From: a virus | Taxonomy: Duplodnaviria; Caudoviricetes | Direction: 5' to 3' (one strand) | Length of the DNA: 64,000 nucleotides | Virus record (IMG/VR): IMGVR_UViG_3300011008_000008 | Notes under the pieces: generated by a model | Told to the model about the DNA's origin: nothing | The model's database searches: none | Seen by the model: only the letters and a program-made list of their open reading frames with translations | Made by a program: the position numbers and the translations under genes | Shown here: positions 29,546-40,080 of the stretch, one piece after another | Position numbering within the stretch: the stretch's first letter is position 1 | How the letters are laid out: the number at the start of each line of letters is the position of its first letter

Positions 29546-30034
29546 ATGGGCCAATCAACTGCGAAAAAGGAATTGAACCTTGACGAGAAAGTTACCGTCA
29601 GGAGTATTTCAAACTCTTTTATTGGGTTCCAACGTATAGCCGATGGTGCTATTGGCGACATTAGCATTGCCAAGCGCGGAACAGCCAGACTTACTCGAAA
29701 TGAAATTATTGCCCAAGTTCAGAATAACAATGTTTTGTTTACCGGAACTGACGGCAAGGGAAGCCACGCTTCATTAATAATAGAAGATGCTCCTACGCGA
29801 ATTGAAGTAGACTTTGAGACCGAGGATGGAAGCATTAAGCAGAATGTTTTCAGCACTGATTTGGTGAAGAGCCTATTTAAGATTTCAAATCAGGTTTCTT
29901 TTGAAAATAGCGTTAGGGACGCGATTCGTACACAAGACGAGAAGTCTGCAATCATTGATGCTATTAAGGAACTAAAGCTAAATGATTATAGTAAAATTAG
30001 ATTCATCGAAAACTATACAGGTTTTAAGATTTGA
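29546..30034 (+). CDS. hypothetical virion-assembly protein
   Basis: GAGGT RBS; synteny. Confidence 0.7.
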   Translation: MGQSTAKKELNLDEKVTVRSISNSFIGFQRIADGAIGDISIAKRGTARLTRNEIIAQVQNNNVLFTGTDGKGSHASLIIEDAPTRIEVDFETEDGSIKQNVFSTDLVKSLFKISNQVSFENSVRDAIRTQDEKSAIIDAIKELKLNDYSKIRFIENYTGFKI

Positions 30035-30063
30035 AAATACTAATTATTGAAGGGGATGATTTT

Positions 30064-30453
30064 ATGCAAACAAAAGCATCAGATGTAATTGAAAGCTTTG
30101 AATCATCTTTTCAAGATAAATGTGAAATACCTGCTTCGCTTGAATATCTTTGGTTAAAAAAGGCAATTGCACGATTCTGTATAGAACTCTCTGAAATCTC
30201 ACTGGATGATGAAAGCAAGTTATTTGATTCGGCGCTTAATCAGTATGAGATAGACACACTCGCAATGTTTATGAAGAAGTTTTACCAGGAACGCGAAGTA
30301 TCTAAAGTGAACAAGCGAGTATCTATTGTCAGCAAAGATCTGAGTATAGATGGCAATAACGGTTCTAAAACTGCTGCAAAAAATGAGTTGGATTATATAT
30401 GCAGCGAGTCAGAATACATGATAGCCAATCAGAAACCTACTGCATATGTATAG
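30064..30453 (+). CDS. putative head-tail adaptor
   Basis: size and position; ATG 30064 after AAGGGG. Confidence 0.55.
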   Translation: MQTKASDVIESFESSFQDKCEIPASLEYLWLKKAIARFCIELSEISLDDESKLFDSALNQYEIDTLAMFMKKFYQEREVSKVNKRVSIVSKDLSIDGNNGSKTAAKNELDYICSESEYMIANQKPTAYV

Positions 30454-30466
30454 GCGGTGAGTATGG

Positions 30467-31543
30467 TTGTCTAAGGAATGGTATTTACTTAAAAGACCGT
30501 ATGATCAATTAAGCGGGTATGAAAGTGACGCCCTGGTTGACTTTGGAGAGGATGGTTTTCTCGAAGCATTAGATTCGGAACTGGCAACTACTGTTGAGCT
30601 ATGCAATTTTGATTTGACTGAATGTACACCTATAAAGGCAATTATTCAGAATAACCATCAGGATACAAAACTGAAAACAATGCAACGAATGATGCTTGCT
30701 CCAATAGGAACATGTAAAGCAGGGATGTATGTCAAATATAAGAATAGATATTGGCTAATAGTAGGACTTGTTGATGATAACAAAGTCTTTGAAAAGGCGA
30801 TTTTATTGATATGCAACTATCAAATTAGTTGGATCAATAAGAGTGGACAAATCGTGCAACGCTGGGTCAACGCTGAATCCGCTTCACAATATAATAATGG
30901 TGAAACCAATATGAGGTTCTACTTTATTAGAAGTGACCAGCTAATGGTGTATTTGCCGGACGATCCAGAAAGTCTAATGCTTGATAGCGGTCAACGGTTT
31001 ATTGTTGATAAAAGATGCCAAGTGTATGAATTGGATTTTGGCGAGGATTTAGTCAAAGATACCAGCAATCCATTAATTGTTTATGATATAACTCGAAGCG
31101 ATACTGTTTTGGATAGCTACACAGACAGCGGTATTATTGGATTTATATTTACACAAGGCGAGCAGCATGAGAACGATGGTTATTATGTTGTAGACGGTAT
31201 AGGCTACTGGTTATGTGATATACCTTCTGAAATAAGTCAGGAAAAACCATTATCATGCGCTATCAATAGTGATTCCGATATAATTTATATCGATCTCGAA
31301 CCTGGTATGTATACGGCGGTATTCTATGATGCTGATGGTAATGAGATCAAGGAAAATTTGCCGGAATATGAATTTACCGTTGATCCAGAGTATGTTTCAA
31401 AACTTGACATCCAGCTCGTCAATCAATCAATGTTAATAGCTACTTCCGACAACAAATTAAATGGCAAGACATTCAACATCAATTTAGGAGCAGATGGATA
31501 TGAGTCAGTATCGAAAACAATTTCAATAAAGACATTTATGTAA
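30467..31543 (+). CDS. putative head closure/neck protein
   Basis: KAGMYVKYKNRYWLIV...CNY beta-rich pattern; synteny. Confidence 0.55.
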   Translation: MSKEWYLLKRPYDQLSGYESDALVDFGEDGFLEALDSELATTVELCNFDLTECTPIKAIIQNNHQDTKLKTMQRMMLAPIGTCKAGMYVKYKNRYWLIVGLVDDNKVFEKAILLICNYQISWINKSGQIVQRWVNAESASQYNNGETNMRFYFIRSDQLMVYLPDDPESLMLDSGQRFIVDKRCQVYELDFGEDLVKDTSNPLIVYDITRSDTVLDSYTDSGIIGFIFTQGEQHENDGYYVVDGIGYWLCDIPSEISQEKPLSCAINSDSDIIYIDLEPGMYTAVFYDADGNEIKENLPEYEFTVDPEYVSKLDIQLVNQSMLIATSDNKLNGKTFNINLGADGYESVSKTISIKTFM

Positions 31544-31558
31544 TACTGGAGAGATATC

Positions 31559-32047
31559 ATGGATAGAAAGAAAACAACCGCAGAACGTGGCTTGTTTAAA
31601 AAAGAAATCCATTCTGCTCTATATAAAAGCGATGATATAAAAGAATTATTGCTTGGTGATACATCGGAATTGAGCAGGGCGGATATTCAAGAGAAGTTTA
31701 AACAACATGTGAAGTCTCACTTGTTTATAGAGGATACAATCAAAGATGCGACAACATTTATTTTCTACGATGTGCGCTTCCCCACCCTACATTCAAATAT
31801 TAAAGACTGTACCGTGATAATGTATTTAATATGTCATAGAGATATATTAGAGAATTATTCTAAGGAAGGGTATTACGGAGATAGAATTGATATCTTATCC
31901 CAGATGGTAGAAGATGCGTTGATCAATAATAAAAATGTGTCAAACAATTTCGGCATTGGAGAATTGACTTTAGACAGCATCGATATATACAATGCCTCAC
32001 GGTTTTATGGCTGTGTAATGTTATTTAGTGTTCCAACATTCAGATGA
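31559..32047 (+). CDS. putative tail terminator/neck protein
   Basis: synteny; RIDILS motif. Confidence 0.5.
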   Translation: MDRKKTTAERGLFKKEIHSALYKSDDIKELLLGDTSELSRADIQEKFKQHVKSHLFIEDTIKDATTFIFYDVRFPTLHSNIKDCTVIMYLICHRDILENYSKEGYYGDRIDILSQMVEDALINNKNVSNNFGIGELTLDSIDIYNASRFYGCVMLFSVPTFR

Positions 32048-32847
32048 ATATTGAATTTGATTATGGTACGCTATTAAATAGGAAGCCAATCAAGCTGTCA
32101 ATTGGCACCCTAAGGAAACCAACTCTAAATGATATTTATGACATTTCATTTAGCAAGTTTGATTATTATGAATTTCTATTAAAGCTTACGCCGGAGTCAT
32201 ATTATACAATTATGCTTGGCGATGATGGTAAGCAAAAATGGGATAACTTTTCAGATGAAGAAAAAGGTAATTGCAAGTTATTTGACATAATTTTGAATGA
32301 TGAAAATCTTCAAAGTGCATATACTGACCTGCTAAATTTCTTCTTTGTAGAAGATATCATTTTTCTAAATCCATATTTTTTAATTTTAAAAGATGGCATA
32401 GCAAGTGATCGAAAGCTTACAACCGATGATATTATTTGTGCTGTAAACGATGAAACATTGCATATAATACTATCTTTAATTCAACAGATTTGTTGCATTT
32501 ATGAAAAGCCCACCCCATCCATTGATGATATGAAATTCAAAAATAGTATTGCAAGAAAACTATATGAAAAGATACAAAAAGCGCAAGAAAAGCAGAATAG
32601 GCTGAAAAAGAAAAAGGGTAATAAGGACTATATTCTTACAAACCTAATTTCTGCTGTTTCCAATAGACATCCAGATCTCAATCCTATTTCTGTTTGGGAC
32701 TTGACTGTTTTTCAACTTATTGATTCGTTCAATCGCTTACAGATTAATGCAGCATATGAGATCAACAAAACAAGGGTGTCAGTATGGGGGGATGAAAAGA
32801 AAACTTTTGATCCTGCGCTTTGGTATAAAAACAACAACGATAATTAA
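32044..32847 (+). CDS. hypothetical tail-module protein
   Basis: ORF, synteny. Confidence 0.65.
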   Translation: MNIEFDYGTLLNRKPIKLSIGTLRKPTLNDIYDISFSKFDYYEFLLKLTPESYYTIMLGDDGKQKWDNFSDEEKGNCKLFDIILNDENLQSAYTDLLNFFFVEDIIFLNPYFLILKDGIASDRKLTTDDIICAVNDETLHIILSLIQQICCIYEKPTPSIDDMKFKNSIARKLYEKIQKAQEKQNRLKKKKGNKDYILTNLISAVSNRHPDLNPISVWDLTVFQLIDSFNRLQINAAYEINKTRVSVWGDEKKTFDPALWYKNNNDN

Positions 32848-32864
32848 ATAGGAGGAAATTCATT

Positions 32865-33638
32865 ATGCCTGAACTGAATAAAGCAAATCGCCAAGTATGC
32901 GACGTGGATATTCGTATTCTAAAAACTAATGCTCCTTTCCTGTATTTTGAGACTGCGAACACTACAACCGCTGGCATTTCCAGTGATAACGTTTATGCGA
33001 TGGCGAAGGGTACTCGTAGAATTGCATTCCAGAATCCTATTGAGGGTACGATGTCAATTGAGGCCCAGGTCTATCCGTTTAAGTTCTTCTCTCTGTTTTC
33101 CGATGGTGAGATTACCAGCGATGCTGCGTATGCTGTGCGTACTACCGTGAAAGCTACAACTGCTGGTGAGCTGCCCCTGGCCGTTAGTTCTGGCGACTCT
33201 ATTGTGGCTGGTACAGTGTTTGTGTATCCGGTAGGTAGTTTCGGCGATGAGGATGCTCTGATCAAGGGTACTTTTGCCAGCAATAAGTTTACTGCTACTA
33301 CCAACTCTGAGATCGCTGTAGATACTGAATACGAAGTTGGCTTTGTTGTGAATCGTAATTCTGGTGTCAAGCGCATTACTTTCAACAACAAGAAAATCCC
33401 GAAGGATTATAAGATTTACATGAACACTCTGAATAAGGAAGAGGATGGTACTCTTGTCCCTTACCTGATGACTGCTTATAAGGCTACCATTCAGCGTAGT
33501 TTCGAGCTGTCATTTAGTTCCGACGGCGATCCCGCCTCTGTTACCATGAACTTCGATCTGTTGGAAGATAATGACGGTAATGTGCTGGATATGGTTGAAG
33601 TTACAGAAGAGCTGAAGATAAATCCGTCTGGCGACTAA
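32865..33638 (+). CDS. major tail (tube) protein
   Basis: strong RBS and codon bias; FELSFSSDGDPASVTMNFDLL C-terminus. Confidence 0.75.
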   Translation: MPELNKANRQVCDVDIRILKTNAPFLYFETANTTTAGISSDNVYAMAKGTRRIAFQNPIEGTMSIEAQVYPFKFFSLFSDGEITSDAAYAVRTTVKATTAGELPLAVSSGDSIVAGTVFVYPVGSFGDEDALIKGTFASNKFTATTNSEIAVDTEYEVGFVVNRNSGVKRITFNNKKIPKDYKIYMNTLNKEEDGTLVPYLMTAYKATIQRSFELSFSSDGDPASVTMNFDLLEDNDGNVLDMVEVTEELKINPSGD

Positions 33639-33705
33639 TCTTAAATGACATTTAGCGTGGATGATATATTCATTCACGCTATGGTCTTATAAGGAGGACG
33701 AATAT

Positions 33706-33987
33706 ATGATTCAGAAATGTCCAGTTCTTCTAAACAATGAGGCCGTCACAGTAATCAAATATGATAATGTCGAAGTACAAGTTCCATCAATAGAACGAGA
33801 TGCACAGTATGTTAATGTAAGTTTTGAGAATGGAAAATATACTGTTGTTGAAGATAATTATATTGAGGAGCCAATTGTGTTAGAAGAACCAGTGGTAAAA
33901 AATAGCAAGAAGAAAAATAAGAAAACAACTATTGAATATAATGCGATAGCAGAAGATGCGTTCGCAGAAATCGACGAATTAGGATAA
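33706..33987 (+). CDS. hypothetical protein
   Basis: AAGGAGG RBS before ATG 33706. Confidence 0.7.
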   Translation: MIQKCPVLLNNEAVTVIKYDNVEVQVPSIERDAQYVNVSFENGKYTVVEDNYIEEPIVLEEPVVKNSKKKNKKTTIEYNAIAEDAFAEIDELG

Positions 33988-34108
33988 AGGTTGTTATTGT
34001 ATTTAGTTAGGAAAAGATAACACATCTATATCCGCGATGCGTTGTCCTTTCCTATTATTTTGCGCTACATAAAGAGAAATATAATAGAAGTGGGTATGGT
34101 GTATTAAT

Positions 34109-34333
34109 ATGAAAACATTCAAATTTGAATCACTTGAAGAATGTATCAAGTGCTATGGCAGAGAAAACCTTATTGCAATCGATAATTTGTCACAGATTAT
34201 TTTTTATACAAAGTCTGGATTCCAACCTAAATTTGTTTTTGAAAACGAAAATAAACCCGGCAAAATCACATGTTGGTTTTTGAAAACAGAAACTAATTAT
34301 GTATATAAAAAGTGGATGGAAAGCAGACCATAA
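34109..34333 (+). CDS. hypothetical protein
   Basis: ORF track. Confidence 0.65.
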   Translation: MKTFKFESLEECIKCYGRENLIAIDNLSQIIFYTKSGFQPKFVFENENKPGKITCWFLKTETNYVYKKWMESRP

Positions 34334-34339
34334 ACATTC

Positions 34340-34855
34340 ATGAATGTTGGCAAGAAGTTTGAGGCAGACTTTGAAAAATCTGTCCCCAATGATATTTTAC
34401 TATACAGGCTCCATGATCCTGCTCAATCATTCGGCAGGGAGAATAGTAATCTTCGATTCAGTTTAAAGAATGAGTTTGATTTTATCCTATACAATCCTGA
34501 AAGCAGAAACCTATATGCGCTTGAATTGAAAACAGTTGAAGGTAATTCTATTTCATTTGAAAGAGACAAATCGCAGAAAGGGCGCATACACTTTCATCAG
34601 ATTGAAGGGTTGAAAAAATGGGATCAGTATAATGGAACCATTTGCGGATTTATTATCGAGTTTCGGAAATCAACTACAACTATATTCATTCCAATTTCCG
34701 ATTTTGAAATACTAATTAATTCTACAACCAAGAAAAGCATTTCGCTGGACGATATTACTACCAGCAATATAAATTACTGTATTATTCCTCAAAGCAAAAT
34801 TAGAACAAGATATAGATACGATATTCAATCGTTTTTAGATAAAACGAGTAATTAG
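34340..34855 (+). CDS. recU: RecU-like Holliday junction resolvase
   Basis: GKKFE...FDF...ALELKT...HQI PD-(D/E)xK motifs. Confidence 0.8.
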   Translation: MNVGKKFEADFEKSVPNDILLYRLHDPAQSFGRENSNLRFSLKNEFDFILYNPESRNLYALELKTVEGNSISFERDKSQKGRIHFHQIEGLKKWDQYNGTICGFIIEFRKSTTTIFIPISDFEILINSTTKKSISLDDITTSNINYCIIPQSKIRTRYRYDIQSFLDKTSN

Positions 34856-34885
34856 TGAATTGCCAATTATTATGGAGGTTTATTT

Positions 34886-35494
34886 ATGAAGAATAATAAG
34901 AACATGATTATCAACACGAAACTTAGTCTAATAGACTACGTAACTTTAGTTGATTTACTTGTGGATGATTACTTTGACATCACAGGAAAATACCAGCCAC
35001 ATTATGGTATGGCTAACGCAATGCGGCTATTCTATAACCTATGTGTAAAAGATAGTCAGTTTGAAAATGAAATCCCACATGATTTTTCTGATATTACTTT
35101 AGTTGAGAAACTTGCTTCCGATATTGATTTTATAGATGAATTTAATCAGGCGATTTATGACGAGAAAGCTGACTTTTCATTTGGTTCTGCTTATCACAAC
35201 GCCTTAGCTATTGTTAATCAGAAGAATAATCCAATGCAGAGTCTTGTGGGCGTTGTTGATCGCTTCCTTTCATCATTTTCTACTGTAATATCAGATGTAA
35301 TGACCCCCGACAATATAAAGATCACACAGAGTATTGCTAATGATATTGCATCTGGAAAAATTGATTTCACAAAACTAATGACTGCATTTTCTCAATCTCC
35401 TGAATTCGAGAAGATTATTTCATCTGGCGAGAAGGACGACCACAAGGATGAGCCAGCTTCTACAGATAATATTACTCCAATTACCGGTAAATAA
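34886..35494 (+). CDS. hypothetical protein (possible tail chaperone)
   Basis: GGAGG RBS; position. Confidence 0.65.
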   Translation: MKNNKNMIINTKLSLIDYVTLVDLLVDDYFDITGKYQPHYGMANAMRLFYNLCVKDSQFENEIPHDFSDITLVEKLASDIDFIDEFNQAIYDEKADFSFGSAYHNALAIVNQKNNPMQSLVGVVDRFLSSFSTVISDVMTPDNIKITQSIANDIASGKIDFTKLMTAFSQSPEFEKIISSGEKDDHKDEPASTDNITPITGK

Positions 35495-35508
35495 AAGGGT
35501 GATTTTAT

Positions 35509-35970
35509 ATGGCAGTATGTAATAGTCTTGCCGAGCTTCAGCGGGCAATTCTAAAGGAAATGGAGAGCGCCATGAACTCGGCTTCAAAAGAAATCGAAGA
35601 TACGGTGAAGCAGGATGTGCAAAGCTTTTATTCGTCTGGTAGCCCGGTTATGTATGTACGTACAGGCAAGTTGGGCAAAACTCCAAAGACTTCTCCGATT
35701 AGTAATAATGGTGCTTCGGAAATTTCTTTTAAGGCTTATCTTGATCAGAACGGCGGTTATCCATCAATTACTTATACATACCGCGATGGACATCAGACAA
35801 CAAGTAAAGCCCCATCTATGACAGACGTACTTAATCTAACAAACTATGGAACAACTTCCTCAAGCGTAGGCAGATTGCATCCTGCTCTCGGTCAGAGTGG
35901 ATATTGGGAAAAGGCGCTTGGTAAAATGCAAGGTATTTTAGATAAAAATATGGGAAGCCATTTTAGGTAA
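35509..35970 (+). CDS. HK97 gp10-like tail completion protein
   Basis: YVRTGKL motif; size. Confidence 0.55.
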   Translation: MAVCNSLAELQRAILKEMESAMNSASKEIEDTVKQDVQSFYSSGSPVMYVRTGKLGKTPKTSPISNNGASEISFKAYLDQNGGYPSITYTYRDGHQTTSKAPSMTDVLNLTNYGTTSSSVGRLHPALGQSGYWEKALGKMQGILDKNMGSHFR

Positions 35971-35990
35971 CAAATAAAGGAAGTGATTAT

Positions 35991-37049
35991 TTGGGAAAAA
36001 CTAATCTAAACGCTGGTAGGTCAACCGTTTATAATTCAATTACCACACCGGAAAAGTTGAGCGAAGTGAACGAAGATAATATTCAATTAGAAAATGATTT
36101 TCTTGAATATCTTGCTTCCACCGACAAATCCAAAGAGACAATTAAACAATATCGTTCCAACCTCCACATTTTCTGGTGCTGGAATTTGGAGAACAACAAG
36201 AATAAATTCTTTGTTGATCTAACGAAGCGTGAGCTTACAAAGTTTCAAAATCACGCTTTGAATGGTTGGGGCTGGTCGCCACGAAGAATTAGAACAGTAA
36301 AAGCCACTTTATCATCTTTAAGTAATTATATTGAAAACATACTTGATGATGAATATGAAGGATATAAATCAATTATTGGTAAGATTGAATCGCCAATTGA
36401 CAGAGCGGTACGCGAGAAAACAGTTTTTCAAGAAAGCGATTTAATGCCTCTACTTGATTACCTCGTTGAAAATAAACAATATATGAAAGCTTGTGCTTTA
36501 TCTCTTGCCATGAACGGCGGTAGGCGTAAGGCGGAATTGCCAAGATTTAAGGTTGGTTATTTCAGGCCAGAGTTTACTATATGCAATGGTGCATTATATA
36601 AAACCCCGGAAAAAGTGCAGACGAAAGGCAGAGGGTTTGAGGGTAAACCCTTGGAGCTGTATACTATTGTCTCGCCATTTCAACCATATTTGGATTTATG
36701 GATGGAAGAAAGACAGAGGCTTGGGATTAATAGTCAATGGTTATTCCCGAAAAAGAAAGATGGGAAATGGGTTGATGAACCGATCCAGACAACAACTCTT
36801 GATTCATGGGCGCGTTCATTTAGTATATTCCTTGGGAAGCCTTTCTATTGGCATAGTTTAAGACATTACTTTACGACAAAGCTTGTGTCGTATGATATAC
36901 CATCCGCAGTAATTCAAGATATCGTTGGTTGGGAATCCGCAGATATGGTTAATCGTTATGACGATACTGAAAAGGATGAACGCTTTGAAAAATACTTTGG
37001 TGCAGATGGAATTAATAAGGTTAAAGCTACAAGACTTGAAGAACTATAA
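35991..37049 (+). CDS. tyrosine recombinase (SPbeta YomM-like)
   Basis: SAM-like N-terminus; GRRKAEL, KG, HSLRH, VGW, RY catalytic residues. Confidence 0.88.
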   Translation: MGKTNLNAGRSTVYNSITTPEKLSEVNEDNIQLENDFLEYLASTDKSKETIKQYRSNLHIFWCWNLENNKNKFFVDLTKRELTKFQNHALNGWGWSPRRIRTVKATLSSLSNYIENILDDEYEGYKSIIGKIESPIDRAVREKTVFQESDLMPLLDYLVENKQYMKACALSLAMNGGRRKAELPRFKVGYFRPEFTICNGALYKTPEKVQTKGRGFEGKPLELYTIVSPFQPYLDLWMEERQRLGINSQWLFPKKKDGKWVDEPIQTTTLDSWARSFSIFLGKPFYWHSLRHYFTTKLVSYDIPSAVIQDIVGWESADMVNRYDDTEKDERFEKYFGADGINKVKATRLEEL

Positions 37050-37108
37050 CTCGGCAATCTATTACATAGGCGAGAGCCATTTATTGATTGCCTGAAAGGA
37101 TGATGTAA

Positions 37109-39289
37109 ATGGCTGACTTTGAGGCAAGAGTACTTGCCAAATTAGATTTATCAGAGTTAAATGGTGAGCTGTCAAGGCTATCAAGCTCAAATAATAGGAT
37201 GACAATCCAGCCGCGATTAGATACAAGCGCAATAACAAGGCAGATTGATAATATTGAACAAAGGCTTCGCGCACTTGGAAATATTAGAATTAATCTTGGC
37301 GGAAACACCCGTCAGAATTACAATGGTGCTGATTCATTGCGTGCAATGCAGGAAATGCAGAGCATTATCCGTCAGATCAATTCGACGGAGCTTAAACTAT
37401 CCGGGTTGGATATGGGCAAGAATGCATCACAGATTACTGAATTAAATAACCAACTAAATGTTTTGCAACAGCGCCTTACCAGCGTAATGACATCTCAATC
37501 AAATAATTTAACGGCTGGCCAGTTTGATCAGTTGAATCAATCAGCGCAAGAAGCACAAAATAGGTTGGCTGAAGTTGATGCAAAACTTGCTGATACAAGA
37601 AATCAAATGGCACAGAAAATACAGATGGATATTGATACCGGCAAGATCGATACATCTATTACTTCTGTGACAGAAAAGTATAGCAAATTAAGTAATACTG
37701 GACACTCCAGCTTATCTGCAATTAAAGCAGATATTGAAGAACTCGGAAATCTTCAAGCGGATCTGAACAATGCCACATCGAACGAGCAACTAATCAGCAC
37801 ATACGAGCGTTTCCAGCAAACGCTATCTAAGGTCAAGAATAGCCTATCTACTGTAAGTTCAGAATCAAAAATGATGGCGACATCTTTACAAATTGGCCAG
37901 CTTGATAATAAAATGTCGCAATGGCTATCCAACAATTCAAAGGCTACTAAAGAATATGGTGCTGCCATTAACGCATTGAGATCACGTTTGTCTGAACTTG
38001 CTTCTTCTGGCACTGCGACAACAGCAGACCTACAAGCTCTCGACAACGAGTTTAAACAGATTGTAGTTGATGCAACCGCTGCAGGATTGACAGGCAAATC
38101 CTTTGGTGACATCATTAAGAGCACGGCTCAACAGATGGTTGGGTTTGTTTCCATAGCATCTGTAATGTCAACAGCAATTCGACTATTTAAGGATATGTCG
38201 AAGGAAGTTCTATCTGTTGATACAGCAATGACCGGCTTATATCGTGTTACAGATTTATCGTCCGACCAATATAAGCAGATGTATAGCGAGATGGTAACAT
38301 CTGCAAAAAGCTATGGTTCTACTCTAACCGATATTATCAATGGTACAACGACATGGGTTAAGCTTGGTTTTTCACCGGAAGAAGCGCAAGGCTTATCTGA
38401 TATTACTGCAATATACCAGCATGTTACTGATCTTGATACAGAAACAGCAGTCAAGAATCTTGTAACTGCCTATAAAGGCTATGAGGAACAGCTATTAGCA
38501 TTGACCAATGGCGATTCTGTAAAAGCCACTGAATACATAGCAGATATCTTTGATAAACTTGGTAACGAGTTTGCAGTCAGTGCAGCGGATGTCGGCGCTG
38601 GCCTGGTAAATTCCGCATCTGCTTTAAACGTTGCTGGTAACTCTTTGCAGCAGTCGGCGGCTATGATCACCGGTATTACCGAAGTTACTCAAAATGCTTC
38701 AAAGGCCGGTAATGCTGTACGTACTCTTTCTATGAGATTAAGAGGCGCTACTGCGGAAGATCTGCAAGAGCTTGGCGAGGATACAGATGGTTTGATTACA
38801 TCTGTATCAAAATTGCAAGGAGTAATCAAAGGTCTGACCGGGGTAGATATTACAGACGTTAATGGCCAGATACGTTCTACATTTGATATTATGGACGATC
38901 TTGCGGGAGTGTTCAATGATTTAAAAACAAACGATCAATCATTCCTGCTTGAAACAATCGCCGGTAAAGCGCGTGGTTCTGATATCGCAGCTCTATTGAA
39001 GAATTGGGATCAGGTTAAAGCTGCATATGAAGCAGCGAATAACGCTTGGGGTACAGCTTCAAACGAGCAAGCGGTTTATATGGAATCTCTACAAGGTAAG
39101 ATAAATCAGTTTAAAGCATCCTGGCAATCTTTAGCGAATACAGTACTTTCTTCTGATTTCTTGAAAGGCGCTGTCGATACTGCGACAACATTACTTTCCT
39201 TACTTGATTCTATTGTTGGAAAACTTGGGACAATTCCAACTATAGTAGGCGCTATAACCGCCGCAACATCCCTTAAAAACGGCGCAGGT
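37109..39289 (+). CDS. tape measure protein, exon 1 (727 aa)
   Basis: TP901-type TMP core (VDTAMTGLYRV...DKLGNEFAVS...AGNAVRTLSMRL); ends ..GCA GGT at 5' splice site. Confidence 0.9.
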
Positions 39290-39747
39290 TGAACAGATCA
39301 ATCAGTTCACACATCCAATTATACTACGGAGAATATGCCTGCGAAGCTCTCTAATGGCAACATGAACGAGACTGTCTTATAATTCGCTTGACAGTCAAGA
39401 GGGGCTAAGACATCGAGTGTACTTTTGCCACATGCAAAGGTCTACTCGATAATGGGTTAAACTGGTAGGGGTGATTACCTACCACATAAGACTGGGACGA
39501 ACCGTGGATGAACCTACATACAATAATCCACGGAACTATCAGCAGCCATATCCCGATGCGAATACGGGAAGGTTCAGAGACTATAAACTCACACGGTTGT
39601 TAATCGTGAATGTATAGGCCAAACTGTACTCGGCAGTAGGAATAGCCGAGGTAAAAGATCGACCTGGTAAGCCAGCCAGGGTATAGGAATTGGCGGGTGT
39701 CCCCTACCCCGTTGTGCTTGAGACGAAAAGAGGAAATATGGTATTAC

Positions 39748-39996
39748 CTACCATTTATAGCCGCAATTTTTGCACTCGAATTGTGCCCTTGCTGTAGGAT
39801 TGGTAATACCAAAAGCAAAAGCATTTAGTGAGCGTCGAGTATTAGACACTCTGTTTATATTTGTCGAATGACAAGTTGGGCATTCAATAGTATCTGGCAA
39901 GGCTGTTGCTAACTTACCGCCGCAAATCATACATTTATTTCCGTTATAATCATTCAGTCTAATACCGCATTTTGTACAATATTTTTTCTGCCCCAT
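39748..39996 (-). CDS. double zinc-ribbon protein (intron cargo)
   Basis: CTKC, CMIC, CPTC, CKNC; GAGGTG RBS; own promoter. Confidence 0.85.
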   Translation of the reverse strand: MGQKKYCTKCGIRLNDYNGNKCMICGGKLATALPDTIECPTCHSTNINRVSNTRRSLNAFAFGITNPTARAQFECKNCGYKW

Positions 39997-40015
39997 TTAT
40001 TATCACCTCTTCATT

Positions 40016-40044
40016 ATTATACCATTACTTTACCTGCATGTCAA
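40016..40044 (-). promoter_or_regulatory. sigma-A promoter of intron cargo gene
   Basis: TTGACA(40039-40044)-17-TATAAT(40016-40021) with extended TG. Confidence 0.85.
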
Positions 40045-40080
40045 TTAATTTGTGTATAAGCAGCACATTTAGACAGTTTG

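Larger units (their letters stand above)
39290..40080 (+). ncRNA. group I self-splicing intron (791 nt) carrying an antisense cargo gene
   Basis: P1 CGCAGGT/GCCTGCG with U.G; P10 GGAGAATA/TATTCTCT; Q TCAGCAGCC; R GGTTCAGAGACTA; S GTATAGGCC; P9.0 AAACTGT/ACAGTTT; terminal G 40080; removal restores frame. Confidence 0.88.

Noticed and set aside
39748-39996. Homing endonuclease or IStron transposase
   Set aside because: Only 82 aa, antisense, and no HNH, GIY-YIG, LAGLIDADG, TnpA or TnpB motifs recognised.
39290-40080. TMP pseudogene, frameshift or readthrough
   Set aside because: The gap is 791 nt and shows the full set of group I pairings with exact in-frame rejoining.
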